From: an uncultured Acidobacteriota bacterium
GTDB taxonomy: Bacteria; Acidobacteriota; Thermoanaerobaculia; Multivoradales; JAHEKO01
Assembly (NCBI GenBank): GCA_963713825.1
Contig: CAVQNG010000025.1
Location: 384,001 to 448,000, forward strand
Direction: 5' to 3'
DNA length: 64,000 bases
The translations under genes were made by a program, and so were the position numbers. Shown piece after piece: positions 63,250-64,000 of the stretch. The notes under the pieces were generated by a model. That model did no database searches. It worked only from the letters and a program-made list of their open reading frames with translations, and was not told the DNA's origin. Numbering within the stretch: the first letter of the stretch is position 1; every line of letters begins with the position of its first letter.

Positions 63250-63344
63250 TATCATGAGAGTTCCTGCCTGGCAGCGGTCTGGCGGGCTGCCAATCGGGTT
63301 TCAGGCAATGTCGGAGGGTGGATGAGGTTGGAGGTCTTACAGTG

Positions 63345-64000
63345 ATGTGGCGCAATCTGGGGAACCGGCGTAGAGTGTTGTTGGTGAGCGCTCTCCTGCT
63401 CGCCTCGACTCCGATGAGACTGTGGGCTCAGACCAGCGGCTTTGTCGACCAGAGAAGGTCGATGGTCGAGGAGCAGATCCTCCGGCGCGGGGTCTCTGAG
63501 CGCAAGGTCCTGGGTGCGATGGAAGAGGTGCCTCGCCACGTCTTCGTGCCCGAGCCCCTGAGGGACCAGGCCTACGCCGATGGCCCGCTGTCCATTGGCT
63601 CGGGACAGACCATCTCACAGCCCTACATCGTGGCCCTGATGACCTCGCTGCTCGAGTTGAATGGCGATGAAAGGGTGCTAGAGATTGGCACGGGTTCTGG
63701 ATACCAGGCGGCTGTTCTCTCGCGACTGGTCAAGGATGTCTACACTGTCGAGATCCGCGAAGAGTTGGGTGAGAAGGCCCAGAAGACGCTCGAGGATCTG
63801 GGCTATACGAACGTGCACTTTCGGATCGGTGACGGTTACCAGGGTTGGCCGGAGGCGGCACCCTTCGACGGCATCATGGTGACTGCCGCTCCGGACCGGG
63901 TGCCGGAACCGCTGATCGATCAGCTGAAGGTCGGAGGGAAGTTGGTGATTCCCGTTGGCGACTTCTTTCAGGATCTCTTGGTCGTTACCAAGACTGCCGA
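63345..64000 (+). CDS. pcm: Protein-L-isoaspartate O-methyltransferase (runs off the window edge)
   Basis: Manual translation: ..VPRHVFVP..AYADGPLSIGSGQTISQPYIVALM..VLEIGTGSGYQAAVL..GDGYQGWPEAAPFDGIMVTAA. Confidence 0.95.
   Translation, partial: MWRNLGNRRRVLLVSALLLASTPMRLWAQTSGFVDQRRSMVEEQILRRGVSERKVLGAMEEVPRHVFVPEPLRDQAYADGPLSIGSGQTISQPYIVALMTSLLELNGDERVLEIGTGSGYQAAVLSRLVKDVYTVEIREELGEKAQKTLEDLGYTNVHFRIGDGYQGWPEAAPFDGIMVTAAPDRVPEPLIDQLKVGGKLVIPVGDFFQDLLVVTKTA

Overview
GC-rich bacterial chromosomal window of about 55 densely packed genes. I found no rRNA, tRNA, CRISPR array, prophage or transposase. The gene content (TPR-TonB, ASPIC/UnbV FG-GAP protein, a secreted protein ending IFGDGFESG, GC-skewed 7-8-mer intergenic repeats) suggests Acidobacteriota, probably Thermoanaerobaculia (inference). 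Housekeeping and metabolic genes: glpD-like, alkyl-DHAP-synthase-like, acyl-CoA enzymes, cusCBA, MntR/DtxR, ligA, polX, polA, moaB, selB, NtrY-like kinase, smpB, fadL, uvrA, PmbA-like, mtaB and pcm. Most interesting observations: (1) a MamK/Mad28-like actin tightly linked to a membrane-anchored peptidoglycan amidase, with no magnetosome genes in the window. (2) A sigma54 activator and a SpoIIE phosphatase that share a paralogous 'DKExR' GAF domain and flank an RsbW-STAS partner switch; four palindromic enhancer-like sites and a -24/-12 promoter lie between them, and there is no sigma factor in the locus. (3) A second sigma54 promoter in front of a zinc-ribbon microprotein and one of two paralogous ~85-aa unknown proteins. 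(4) A dispersed palindromic repeat element present twice, with compensatory changes. (5) Two structured intergenic ncRNA candidates. All family calls come from motif recognition; no searches were run.
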